IMG/VR virus record: IMGVR_UViG_2651869695_000011
Reading direction: 5' to 3' (one strand)
DNA length: 40,258 nt
DNA from: a virus
Lineage: Duplodnaviria > Heunggongvirae > Uroviricota > Caudoviricetes
Position 1 is the first letter of the stretch; every line of letters begins with the position of its first letter. The position numbers were made by a program, and so were the translations under genes. This document shows positions 28,524-35,707 of this stretch, piece after piece. The notes below the pieces were generated by a model. That model saw only the letters and a list, made by a program, of their open reading frames with translations. It had not been told where the DNA came from and searched no databases.

Positions 28524-28535
28524 GTGACATGTCAC
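28524..28535. repeat. 12-bp perfect palindrome GTGACATGTCAC (copy 3 of 3)
   Basis: Exact 12-mer in short gap between two minus-strand genes; shares upstream ATAACACC and downstream GCCAGCCT with copy 2. Confidence 0.6.
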
Positions 28536-28870
28536 ACTATTAATTTCGTTTCATGCCAGCCTTTGGTCACCCAGCATTGCGAGTCACCATTACACGGGCA
28601 TGAATTCACAGGAACTCTCTCGCCGCACTTACCGCAACGTTTTCTGCTGATCGATTTTATACGCCCGCGCACGCGTGCATCATCCTGGCGGATCAGTAAC
28701 GCTATATACTCACCAAATTCGTAAGGCGCGCGCCCGGGGCGACGCGTGGCACAGTTACGCTCCAGCATTTCAATTTCCTGAGCATCAAGCACAATTTCCA
28801 GCTTACGCACACCGGATTCAGCTTGTCTGGCTCTCTGAGCGGCTTTGCGCTCTGCTGCTGATTTAGCCAT
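28532..28870 (-). CDS. Putative DNA-binding protein with C-terminal Cys-rich zinc-ribbon (possible late regulator)
   Basis: Basic N-terminus (KAAQRARQ...), C-terminal CGKCGERVPVNSCPCNGDSQC; last gene before terminase; SD AAGGTGA upstream of ATG 28868-28870. Confidence 0.4.
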   Translation of the reverse strand: MAKSAAERKAAQRARQAESGVRKLEIVLDAQEIEMLERNCATRRPGRAPYEFGEYIALLIRQDDARVRGRIKSISRKRCGKCGERVPVNSCPCNGDSQCWVTKGWHETKLIV

Positions 28871-29144
28871 CAATATTCACCTTTATCGCGAACACCTTTA
28901 CCGGTTTATCGCCGAAGTGGGGATGTGTGATTGTCTTGATTTCATATCCGTCATACGGAACATCAATTCTGCGGCTGGAATCGTCGCGCTTCGGATATCC
29001 CTTTGTGATAATCAGGCGGTCATACTTACGGTTAACGAGGCGCTTATTCCAGTAGTCATTACACAGGCGATACTCTTCCGTTTTCTCCCCGCGAATCATG
29101 GCATCGAAGTATTCACCTTTAACGGCAAGTTGCAGGTTAGCCAT
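28863..29144 (-). CDS. ASCH/DUF3850-like (PUA-fold) domain protein
   Basis: Motif YFDAMIRGEKTEEYRLCND resembling ASCH-like proteins (recalled, unverified); strong SD GGAGGTGAGG before ATG 29142-29144. Confidence 0.4.
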   Translation of the reverse strand: MANLQLAVKGEYFDAMIRGEKTEEYRLCNDYWNKRLVNRKYDRLIITKGYPKRDDSSRRIDVPYDGYEIKTITHPHFGDKPVKVFAIKVNIDG

Positions 29145-29404
29145 TACCTCACCTCCAGTCTCCATACAGCCTGACCAATCCGGCTGGCATGGGTATCTTT
29201 GGATACTGTTCCGTCTTTAGCCAGCTCCATAAGAATTTTGCGCAAATCTGCCGAACGCCATTCTTCATCAGGAAATTCCTTCTCCATTGCCAACCGCAGA
29301 TTCCAGGTTGCCATCCTGAATGGATATTTCCCGCCGAGAGCTTTATCTTGCAGGGCAGCCCGGGAACGCATCACCTGCAAAACCTTCTCTTTTACATCCA
29401 TCAT
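29144..29404 (-). CDS. Hypothetical early protein
   Basis: SD AGGAGG 4 nt upstream of ATG pair near 29399-29404; ORF-track start at 29461 lacks SD. Confidence 0.35.
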   Translation of the reverse strand: MMDVKEKVLQVMRSRAALQDKALGGKYPFRMATWNLRLAMEKEFPDEEWRSADLRKILMELAKDGTVSKDTHASRIGQAVWRLEVR

Positions 29405-29739
29405 TTCGCCTCCTGCGGCGGTTCTGGTAGCAGCATCCAGTACAAGGCGTTCCCTAACCACGATAAAGTGCCGTCGCTCAACTCCACGTATTCCTCTTGT
29501 ACCTGTCCTGCCATATACTCACCGTGCTTTGAATAAATTAAAATCCAATCATCTTGAGCGGGCATTCGCTCACTACAGCTTATCCAACCACCCGGACTTA
29601 CCGGAGAGTTGCCAGTCTTACGCATGGCAATCTCCACGATTTCAACCATATCTCCTGGCAGAATTTTACAAAGCTGGCCAAAGCGCCTCTGCTGCCTGGC
29701 ATACTCGAGGATGTGCTTCAGTTTGGTTCGATTAATCAT
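29401..29739 (-). CDS. DUF551-like early protein
   Basis: C-terminal WMLLPEPP-type ending and CSERMP motif recalled from DUF551 lambdoid proteins (unverified). Confidence 0.45.
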   Translation of the reverse strand: MINRTKLKHILEYARQQRRFGQLCKILPGDMVEIVEIAMRKTGNSPVSPGGWISCSERMPAQDDWILIYSKHGEYMAGQVQEEYVELSDGTLSWLGNALYWMLLPEPPQEAK

Positions 29740-30122
29740 GATTTATCTCCCTTAAGCATGGCTGCACGGCAGGCGTTCCAGCCTCTCACCTCTGCAATAG
29801 CTGCAACAGCATCAACTGTGTACATGCTAAGAGGGTTAGGCATTGGTTTTTCTTCCGGTACTACTGGAACGGGTGGAGCGGCGTAGACCTCAATAATTCC
29901 ATTATCAACAGGCCATTCTCCATCCTTGAGGTAGTCACTTGTGCCGTCAACTTGCTGTTCTGCAATGTGGAATGCACCTATTGGTTTTGCTTCCAGTGAT
30001 GCCAGCGCAATCCGTGCCAGCTCTTCCGCTTCTTCTGCTGGCAGTACAACGTTGCTACCAGGTCCGTATGTTTCGCGCCACTCCTTGATTGTCAGCAGTC
30101 GCTCTTTGGTAATAGTGATCAT
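29736..30122 (-). CDS. Hypothetical early protein
   Basis: 128 aa, ATGA overlap with upstream gene; no family recognised. Confidence 0.4.
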   Translation of the reverse strand: MITITKERLLTIKEWRETYGPGSNVVLPAEEAEELARIALASLEAKPIGAFHIAEQQVDGTSDYLKDGEWPVDNGIIEVYAAPPVPVVPEEKPMPNPLSMYTVDAVAAIAEVRGWNACRAAMLKGDKS

Positions 30123-30634
30123 GCCGCGTTTCCTTCTTTCTTATTAACAATTACACCGTCATATATTTCATTAAGGTGCCCTCTCAACTCCATGCGCCTT
30201 AATGCAGATAACATGTAATCGCATTCAACCTGCTTATTCCCAATAAAAGGTTTATCTTCAGGGTTACCCCAACAGCAATTCCCCTTGGGCCATCCATGTA
30301 CTTTCCGTACTCTTCCGTTAACAACGTGAAGTAATCCCCAGCCAGGAGGTAAATCCTCAATTGAAATAATTCCCGGCTCACTAATAAAGAATCGCCAGTC
30401 GCCCATGCCAAGTGAGGGATTTTTACGGAAACGCTTTTTTCTATCTGCCAACAAGTCAGCACGAGAACACTTCGCCTCTATCAGGCATGATGCTGAATTT
30501 CTGAATCCCATAGCATCTGGCTGTTCTCCGGTACTGGTTACAGCAACAAAGCGGTCATGAAAGCAAACCTTGAACCCGTTGCGCTTAAGGAACTTGTACG
30601 CAATCTGACAGAGTTCGTGGTGTGTTAACGCCAT
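30119..30634 (-). CDS. Putative PD-(D/E)xK-fold nuclease
   Basis: D...E.K arrangement (PDAMGF...CLIEAKCSRAD) in N-terminal half; strong SD AAGGAG 6 nt upstream of ATG 30632-30634. Confidence 0.4.
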   Translation of the reverse strand: MALTHHELCQIAYKFLKRNGFKVCFHDRFVAVTSTGEQPDAMGFRNSASCLIEAKCSRADLLADRKKRFRKNPSLGMGDWRFFISEPGIISIEDLPPGWGLLHVVNGRVRKVHGWPKGNCCWGNPEDKPFIGNKQVECDYMLSALRRMELRGHLNEIYDGVIVNKKEGNAA

Positions 30635-30635
30635 A

Positions 30636-31121
30636 TCACTCTCCTTTGATGCGAATGCCTGTTGCAATGCTGTTTATGATGCTGTCAGTGCATGGGGTAG
30701 AAAGCTGGGCATCTCCAGCAATTTTCATGACCTCAACATCTGCATATCGAATACCGAGGTGTATCAGACCGGCTATGCCTGACTTAAGCCGAGCATTTTC
30801 CATAAATAGAACTTTTGCCCGCTGTTTTTCTGCTTCAAGCTCAACGCGCAGCTTCCCTACCGTTAGCGCAATATCCTCGTTCTCCTGGTCACGGCGTTTG
30901 ATGTATTGCTGGTTTCTTTCCCGTTCATCCAGTAGTGCCAGCACGGTTTCTGGTCCGGCCAGAAATTTGAAGGCGTTGAGCGCATCAATATCCACACCGT
31001 AATCTTTAAGTTCCTGTTCACTTAACAAATCATCATCAGCTGGCAACATTAACAGGCGTTCCATTGCTGGAATTGCACGTTTCGCCGCCTCACGCAGTGC
31101 CTGATAGTCAATCTTGCTCAC
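30636..31121 (-). CDS. Coiled-coil early protein (Ead/Ea22-like by composition)
   Basis: 161 aa, helical/coiled-coil, in early accessory block; family recalled not verified. Confidence 0.35.
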   Translation of the reverse strand: MSKIDYQALREAAKRAIPAMERLLMLPADDDLLSEQELKDYGVDIDALNAFKFLAGPETVLALLDERERNQQYIKRRDQENEDIALTVGKLRVELEAEKQRAKVLFMENARLKSGIAGLIHLGIRYADVEVMKIAGDAQLSTPCTDSIINSIATGIRIKGE

Positions 31122-31666
31122 TGGTTGCCTCCTTTGCGAAGCTTCGCCGCAAAATCAGCCGCAACCTCTTTGACCATATTGGATAGCGGAGTGCCACCTC
31201 CGAATTTTTCTGAGAACATCTCCACACCCTGTGCCCTCACTTCAGCCAGGAAAGCATCGGTGGCTGGGGTGTCTGATTGCAGAGACTTTGCGCGATAGTC
31301 ATTCCACCCTCTTGCATACATGGGATTAACTTGCACTCCATCTTTTACGCAATATGCCTGCCCTCCACGGTTGATAACCTTGATTTCGTCCATAGCGCCA
31401 GACTTCAGCCCCGCATTCTCCGCCGCAAGCGCCGAAAACTTCTCGTGTGCCAACTTAACAGCCGCATCAGCCTGCTTAATTGACTCAATCGCTTTCTGGT
31501 GCTCTTCGGCCAGCTCATTAGCACGCACCAACTGAACTTCCAGTTGCGTTGCCAAATCGCTGATCAGCTTTGCCACACTGCGCATATCAACGGCACCACA
31601 TTCTGCTTTCAGTTCCGAAGCCATCTCATGCCCGGCAGCAACTAACCCTTTGATATTACGTTCCAT
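31118..31666 (-). CDS. Coiled-coil early protein (Ead/Ea22-like by composition)
   Basis: 182 aa, coiled-coil N-half; ATGA overlap with downstream gene. Confidence 0.35.
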   Translation of the reverse strand: MERNIKGLVAAGHEMASELKAECGAVDMRSVAKLISDLATQLEVQLVRANELAEEHQKAIESIKQADAAVKLAHEKFSALAAENAGLKSGAMDEIKVINRGGQAYCVKDGVQVNPMYARGWNDYRAKSLQSDTPATDAFLAEVRAQGVEMFSEKFGGGTPLSNMVKEVAADFAAKLRKGGNQ

Positions 31667-31727
31667 CTTTACCCTCGCTTATCCACATAACTTATTGATT
31701 ACATTGATAACTAAAAAGATCGTCGAT

Positions 31728-32072
31728 TCAGAACTCTTCGATGTTCCAGCCACCACCTGCTTTCTTTGGTTTAACCGTTACCCCGATGATTCGGAACGGA
31801 TACTGATCTGCGGCGACTTTGGTTTTCACCCTGGCGTCGTCGGTCCAGAAACCTTTCACTTCGTGCAGTTCCATCTCGCCGGTGGCGAGCATCACAGCAA
31901 AATCGGGCGTATAGAACGTGTTGTCAGCTAACCGCAGCTTGATACCCTCAAATCGATACCAGACGATTTCTCCTGCACGTTTACGCAGCTCAAGGTGCTG
32001 GCAATACGCAGATTCTGTTTTGTTCATCTGGCCTGTTTTGAGTCGACCAAGAGCCTGTATCTGTTTTCTCAT
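31728..32072 (-). CDS. Small PD-(D/E)xK-like protein (DUF1064-like)
   Basis: Motif YTPDFAV...ELHEVKG (D...E.K); SD GAGGTAA upstream of ATG 32070-32072 that is part of palindrome TTACCTCTGAGGTAA. Confidence 0.4.
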   Translation of the reverse strand: MRKQIQALGRLKTGQMNKTESAYCQHLELRKRAGEIVWYRFEGIKLRLADNTFYTPDFAVMLATGEMELHEVKGFWTDDARVKTKVAADQYPFRIIGVTVKPKKAGGGWNIEEF

Positions 32073-32075
32073 GAT

Positions 32076-32152
32076 TTACCTCTGAGGTAATTAAAAACCA
32101 CATAAGACACGAAATCAATAGATTTTAGAATATTTTATTACCCATAAGGTAA
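32076..32152. promoter_or_regulatory. Intergenic regulatory region with two TTACC-N5-GGTAA palindromes and AACCACATAAG
   Basis: TTACCTCTGAGGTAA 32076-32090, AACCACATAAG 32096-32106, TTACCCATAAGGTAA 32138-32152; only sizeable gap in the early minus-strand operon. Confidence 0.45.
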
Positions 32153-32189
32153 TTATCGAGACGTAAAAAAATGCGCTATCGCGCTGGTA

Positions 32190-32990
32190 TTACTTGATAA
32201 ATCCTGACGCCTTTCCCCGCCTGTATTCCTCCATCAGCCACTGCGCCGGTGTTATTCCCCCCAGGGTGGCGGCGTTAGGCATGCACCCGAAACTTCGCCC
32301 TGGTGGATGGTAAACGTCTCTCCCTGTGTCCGGAGGTGTACTCATAGGCTCTGGCTTTGCCTGTATGCTGATCACCGGATCGGGTATCTGCTGTCCGGAA
32401 GCCACCTTTTTCGCCCAATCATCGAGCAGCCTGCGCGCGTGTTTCTCAACCTCAATCTCGCTAAGCTGGCGCTGATACATTGCACGGCGGGTATCACATA
32501 CGACCCAGTACATAACCGGATGCCGCCACGGGAATCTTTCGGGACCACCAGGATATAAACTTTTTTCCTTGCTGTACCGGTGAAACTCCGCCATCACATC
32601 GTCAATGGTGACGCCAAGAACCATCTTGCTGTCTTTACACCACTTGATAAATTGCCCTGGCGACGGCCAGAACGGAGATTCACTGGAGCGGGCGTGGCGC
32701 ATACCAGCAGAAACCTGTTCACGGGTTCGGATCCCCCCTTCGGCAAACGCAGCAATCCACTGCTGTTTTGCAGCGACTTCCTGCTCTGGCGTCTTCAGGT
32801 TGGTTACCACTGCCGCCGGAAACAGTTGTTTCAACTGTTTGAAAAGGGCATCAACAAGCCTCTCTGCTGACATGTTCACTACGTTGTCATTGTTGGTGTA
32901 CTGATGCTCATAACCTGACATGCGAGAAAGGGCTTCTCCGTCACGGTTTTGTATTGCGGTAAAAACGTTGTTCACAAGAAATCCTCCCAT
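32190..32990 (-). CDS. Replication protein, lambda P-like (helicase loader)
   Basis: Segment QWIAAFAEGGIRTREQVSAGMRHARSSESPFWPSPGQFIKWCK closely parallels lambda P (QWVLAFRENGITTMEQVNAGMRVARRQNRPFLPSPGQFVAWCR). Confidence 0.7.
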   Translation of the reverse strand: MGGFLVNNVFTAIQNRDGEALSRMSGYEHQYTNNDNVVNMSAERLVDALFKQLKQLFPAAVVTNLKTPEQEVAAKQQWIAAFAEGGIRTREQVSAGMRHARSSESPFWPSPGQFIKWCKDSKMVLGVTIDDVMAEFHRYSKEKSLYPGGPERFPWRHPVMYWVVCDTRRAMYQRQLSEIEVEKHARRLLDDWAKKVASGQQIPDPVISIQAKPEPMSTPPDTGRDVYHPPGRSFGCMPNAATLGGITPAQWLMEEYRRGKASGFIK

Positions 32991-33763
32991 GCTTCAGGGC
33001 TGTTCCAGTGCGGAACGTTGTTATCAGGTAATGTTGATTGCTTCTGTCTGCTAATCTGCAGCCGCCTTGCCAGCTTCTGCTCCCACTGTGCCTGATGGTA
33101 TGCCTTACCCTCAGCCATCCAGTAAATTCTGAATTCTGCAAGTTCCTGTGCCGTTGGCAGACTGTCCAGGTAGATCCCCTGCAATGAGCTTTTCCGAAGA
33201 AAGTCATCTGATGGCTGCCATTGTTCATGCATGACAAATTTGCCTAATTGCCCTGGCCCACCAGGAGGAACAAAGTTATTCATCACGGCGTTGTTTGCGC
33301 CGGGGTCATGAGGCACAGAATCCCCGCTTTTTGTCCTGCTCTCCCTCTCTTGGTTAAATGACTGGTTATATGACTGGTTCTGGATCCCGTTTTTGGGATC
33401 ATTCAACATCCCGTTTTTGGGTATATTCCCGTTTTCGGTAACATTACCGTTTTCGGGTTCATTACCCCCTTCCCGGTTGCCTTTAATGTTCCCGTTTTTG
33501 GTTATATTAAGAGAGAAAACCCGCACTCTTTTCGTCGCTCCCTTTCTCTCACCGGTATCTGAAATAAGCCCCATTTTCATGAGCGATATAAGCCCGGCCT
33601 GCACGGTTTTTTTATTCAGACAAGTGTCTTTAACGAGGCGTTCTATGCTGGGATAGCAGAGGTTATATTCATCGGCTCTGTCAGCCATCGAGAGCAGTAT
33701 GAGCTTTAATGACGAGCTACCTGGATCTGTCTCCCAGGCCCAATCTGTTGCATGTCTGCTCAT
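32972..33763 (-). CDS. Replication initiator, lambda O-like (N-terminal winged-helix, ori iterons in linker, C-terminal DnaT-like region)
   Basis: N-terminal DNA-binding region; Asn/Gly-rich repetitive linker encoded by iterons; C-terminal region recalled as DnaT-like; upstream of P-like gene; SD GGAG. Confidence 0.6.
   Translation of the reverse strand: MSRHATDWAWETDPGSSSLKLILLSMADRADEYNLCYPSIERLVKDTCLNKKTVQAGLISLMKMGLISDTGERKGATKRVRVFSLNITKNGNIKGNREGGNEPENGNVTENGNIPKNGMLNDPKNGIQNQSYNQSFNQERESRTKSGDSVPHDPGANNAVMNNFVPPGGPGQLGKFVMHEQWQPSDDFLRKSSLQGIYLDSLPTAQELAEFRIYWMAEGKAYHQAQWEQKLARRLQISRQKQSTLPDNNVPHWNSPEAWEDFL
33384..33503. repeat. Origin-like iteron array (CCCGTTTT[T/C]GG direct repeats) inside the O-like gene
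   Basis: Copies at 33386, 33410, 33428, 33446 (variant), 33491 spaced 18-24 bp (one gap with a degenerate copy), followed by AT-rich GGTTATATTAAGAGAGAAAA. Confidence 0.6.
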
Positions 33764-33778
33764 GATTAATCTCCGCTA

Positions 33779-33979
33779 TCAGCTTGAATGTTGTGGGGAG
33801 GAATTAATCATGATCTGCTTAATCTCTGCCCTGATGCGACGGTTTGATTCCATGGTGCACTCAACACAGTGTCCGTTGTAAACCCAGCGTTCACTGTCAT
33901 GTCCGTGCTTACATGTTTTTCCGGTGTAGTAGCGTTTAAGTCCGCGCTTTGCGGCATCAATACGTGTAATGATTTCCAT
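33779..33979 (-). CDS. Small zinc-finger protein (regulator candidate)
   Basis: CKHGH...(x)...CVEC metal-binding arrangement; start at ATG 33977-33979 tentative (weak SD); upstream in-frame ATG at 34015 possible. Confidence 0.35.
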   Translation of the reverse strand: MEIITRIDAAKRGLKRYYTGKTCKHGHDSERWVYNGHCVECTMESNRRIRAEIKQIMINSSPQHSS

Positions 33980-34082
33980 GGTAAGCCCTGTTATTAGTAT
34001 TGGGATTACGGTCATTTTGTGCTGACACAAAAAAAAGATCAACCAGATTTGGTTTTTTATTACCTTTGAGGTACGAATAGAT

Positions 34083-34108
34083 ATGAAAAGACCGCCGGGT
34101 GGCGGTCT
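34083..34108 (-). terminator. Terminator after cro-like gene (tR1-like position)
   Basis: On minus strand GACCGCC-ACCC-GGCGGTC followed by TTTTCAT. Confidence 0.5.
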
Positions 34109-34129
34109 ACAGAGGGTTGTAGCTGGATA

Positions 34130-34360
34130 TCATGAGTAGAAGAAGTATGCCAGTTCTGCTTTTGAGCGCAGCCATTGTCTTGTTTTACAGGCTTTAAAAA
34201 GCCCATCCATCAATACCTTACCTGGCATTTTGCGCTTACCTGTTAAGTGAGTCTGGATATAGTGACTCGTCGTTCCGGCTTCCTGTGCGAAGGCTTCACG
34301 CTCATCCGGAGTAAGTGCAAGCCAGTGCTTTTTGAAATCGAAATGTCCGTTATCGCTCAT
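34130..34360 (-). CDS. Cro-like HTH regulator
   Basis: 76 aa with HTH-like segment (EAFAQEAGTTSHYIQTHLTGKR); divergent from repressor across the operator cluster; candidate promoter TTGTTA-N17-TATTAT upstream. Confidence 0.5.
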   Translation of the reverse strand: MSDNGHFDFKKHWLALTPDEREAFAQEAGTTSHYIQTHLTGKRKMPGKVLMDGLFKACKTRQWLRSKAELAYFFYS

Positions 34361-34396
34361 AGCTATTGCCTGATATTTATTTCAGATAATAAATAT

Positions 34397-34459
34397 TCAC
34401 CCATAAGGTAACAAAAATCAAGGATAGTTACCTATGGGGTGCATTTACCTGTTGGGTAA
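34397..34459. promoter_or_regulatory. O_R-like tripartite operator between cro-like and repressor genes
   Basis: TCACCCATAAGGTAA (34397-34411), TTACCTATGGGGTGC (34428-34442), TTACCTGTTGGGTAA (34445-34459); one overlaps the candidate cro promoter. Confidence 0.6.
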
Positions 34460-34514
34460 TATTGCTTTAAATTGAATCATCTACTGATTCATATATGAGG
34501 CGATTTTCCAGAAA

Positions 34515-35099
34515 ATGAAAAGTATCCAGGACGTCCGCAGGCAAAATCTCAACGACTTGATCGACCGTGAATTCAATGGTGTTCAGACGCGGATGGCAGA
34601 AAAACTTGGAACTCAGGCAAATCTGGTAAACCGCTGGGCTCTTGGCAAGAAGGTTATCGGCGACCAGGTTGCGCGAAAAATTGAAGCTGCCGCCAATAAG
34701 CCCCGTAACTGGCTTGATATCGATCGCTCGCTTTCTCAGGAAGGTTTTCAGCCTGTCGGCCCAAGCGACATTGGTCAGCTGGCGGCCCACAACCTGGAAC
34801 GCTGGATGAGCGAAAGCCGCGACCTTTCAACACAGGGAAAACTTCACCGCGCATCCGGAGTCGCCCAGGTGACAATCAGCCGCCTGTTAAACAATGAGGT
34901 CAGCGTTTCCATTTCCACCCTGGAGAATGTTGCATCTGCATTCGGGCGTCACGGATATGAACTACTGATTCACCCGCACGACCCTGCAACTATCAACTAT
35001 GACCGCTCGCGCTACGCATTGTTACCTGAAACCGAGAAAGCAAAGATCGAAAGTTACATTGAATTTGTCATCAACCAGAACGAAAAAAACAAACAATAA
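34515..35099 (+). CDS. Prophage repressor, two HTH-like segments, no recognisable S24 peptidase/autocleavage domain
   Basis: HTH-like segments at about residues 20-65 and 110-155; no Ala-Gly/Ser-Lys LexA-like C-domain; no SD within 12 nt of ATG (possibly leaderless). Confidence 0.6.
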   Translation: MKSIQDVRRQNLNDLIDREFNGVQTRMAEKLGTQANLVNRWALGKKVIGDQVARKIEAAANKPRNWLDIDRSLSQEGFQPVGPSDIGQLAAHNLERWMSESRDLSTQGKLHRASGVAQVTISRLLNNEVSVSISTLENVASAFGRHGYELLIHPHDPATINYDRSRYALLPETEKAKIESYIEFVINQNEKNKQ

Positions 35100-35120
35100 A
35101 ATCATATTTTTCAGTAAGTA

Positions 35121-35146
35121 AGCCGCCAAATGGCGGCTTTTTTATT
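35121..35146 (+). terminator. Rho-independent terminator after repressor gene
   Basis: AGCCGCC-AAAT-GGCGGCT followed by TTTTTTATT. Confidence 0.65.
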
Positions 35147-35156
35147 GCCAGATAGA

Positions 35157-35233
35157 TTACCTGTTGGGTGATTTTTTTAACTCATATCTATTGACATCAA
35201 ACCAGATACGAATAATTATTACCTCAACGGTAG
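35157..35233 (+). promoter_or_regulatory. O_L/P_L-like operator-promoter driving the recombination/xis/methylase operon
   Basis: TTACCTGTTGGGTGA (35157-35171); -35 TTGACA (35191-35196), 17-bp spacer, -10 AATTAT (35214-35219); TTACCTCAACGGTAG (35219-35233) over the start site. Confidence 0.55.
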
Positions 35234-35252
35234 CAGACCGAGGTAACAAGTT

Positions 35253-35405
35253 ATGCAGTGGAAAATCATCAACGGTTGGTACTGCGTTACTGCATGCGGA
35301 TTCATGAGCTGGAAGTTCCGCACCTTACAGGAAGGCATTAAGTGGGCTTTCGTCAGCAAAGAAGCTCGCGATGTGGCCAACGATAACGAGATATGGGAGG
35401 GCTGA
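35253..35405 (+). CDS. Small ORF (50 aa), first gene of the P_L-like operon
   Basis: SD GAGGTAA 6 nt upstream of ATG; stop TGA 2 nt before next ATG (TGATAATG coupling); below ORF-track cutoff. Confidence 0.3.
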   Translation: MQWKIINGWYCVTACGFMSWKFRTLQEGIKWAFVSKEARDVANDNEIWEG

Positions 35406-35407
35406 TA

Positions 35408-35707
35408 ATGAACGTTAATCAGCAGAAAAATCTTCAAAAAATCATGCTGGCATTCGACAAGGACTACCGCCTGTCAGAACAGCTATATGACCGACAAGTT
35501 GAACTGATTGAGAGCATCCGACTTCATCAACTGTCCTCAACTTTCGACGTTGTAACAGGCAAAGGCGTTCGTCAGGAAGTACTGGAGGCTGCTAAAGACA
35601 GCCCTGAGTTCGAAGAACTGATGGATGCCTACCGGCGCGAGGCAATGGCAATTATCGCCCGCTGGGATCTGGCGGATCAGCTTGATGGACAGAGGGACGC
35701 GGCATGA
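35408..35707 (+). CDS. Hypothetical protein preceding exonuclease (possible recombination accessory factor)
   Basis: SD GGGAGGG upstream of ATG 35408; ATGA overlap with exonuclease gene. Confidence 0.4.
   Translation: MNVNQQKNLQKIMLAFDKDYRLSEQLYDRQVELIESIRLHQLSSTFDVVTGKGVRQEVLEAAKDSPEFEELMDAYRREAMAIIARWDLADQLDGQRDAA

Noticed and set aside
6076-35233. TTACC-N5-GGTAA copies as mere Shine-Dalgarno sequences
   Set aside because: Only some GGTAA halves sit 5-10 nt before a start codon; several copies (7523, 25099, 32138, 34397-34459) have no downstream start and the TTACC partner is unexplained by SD function.
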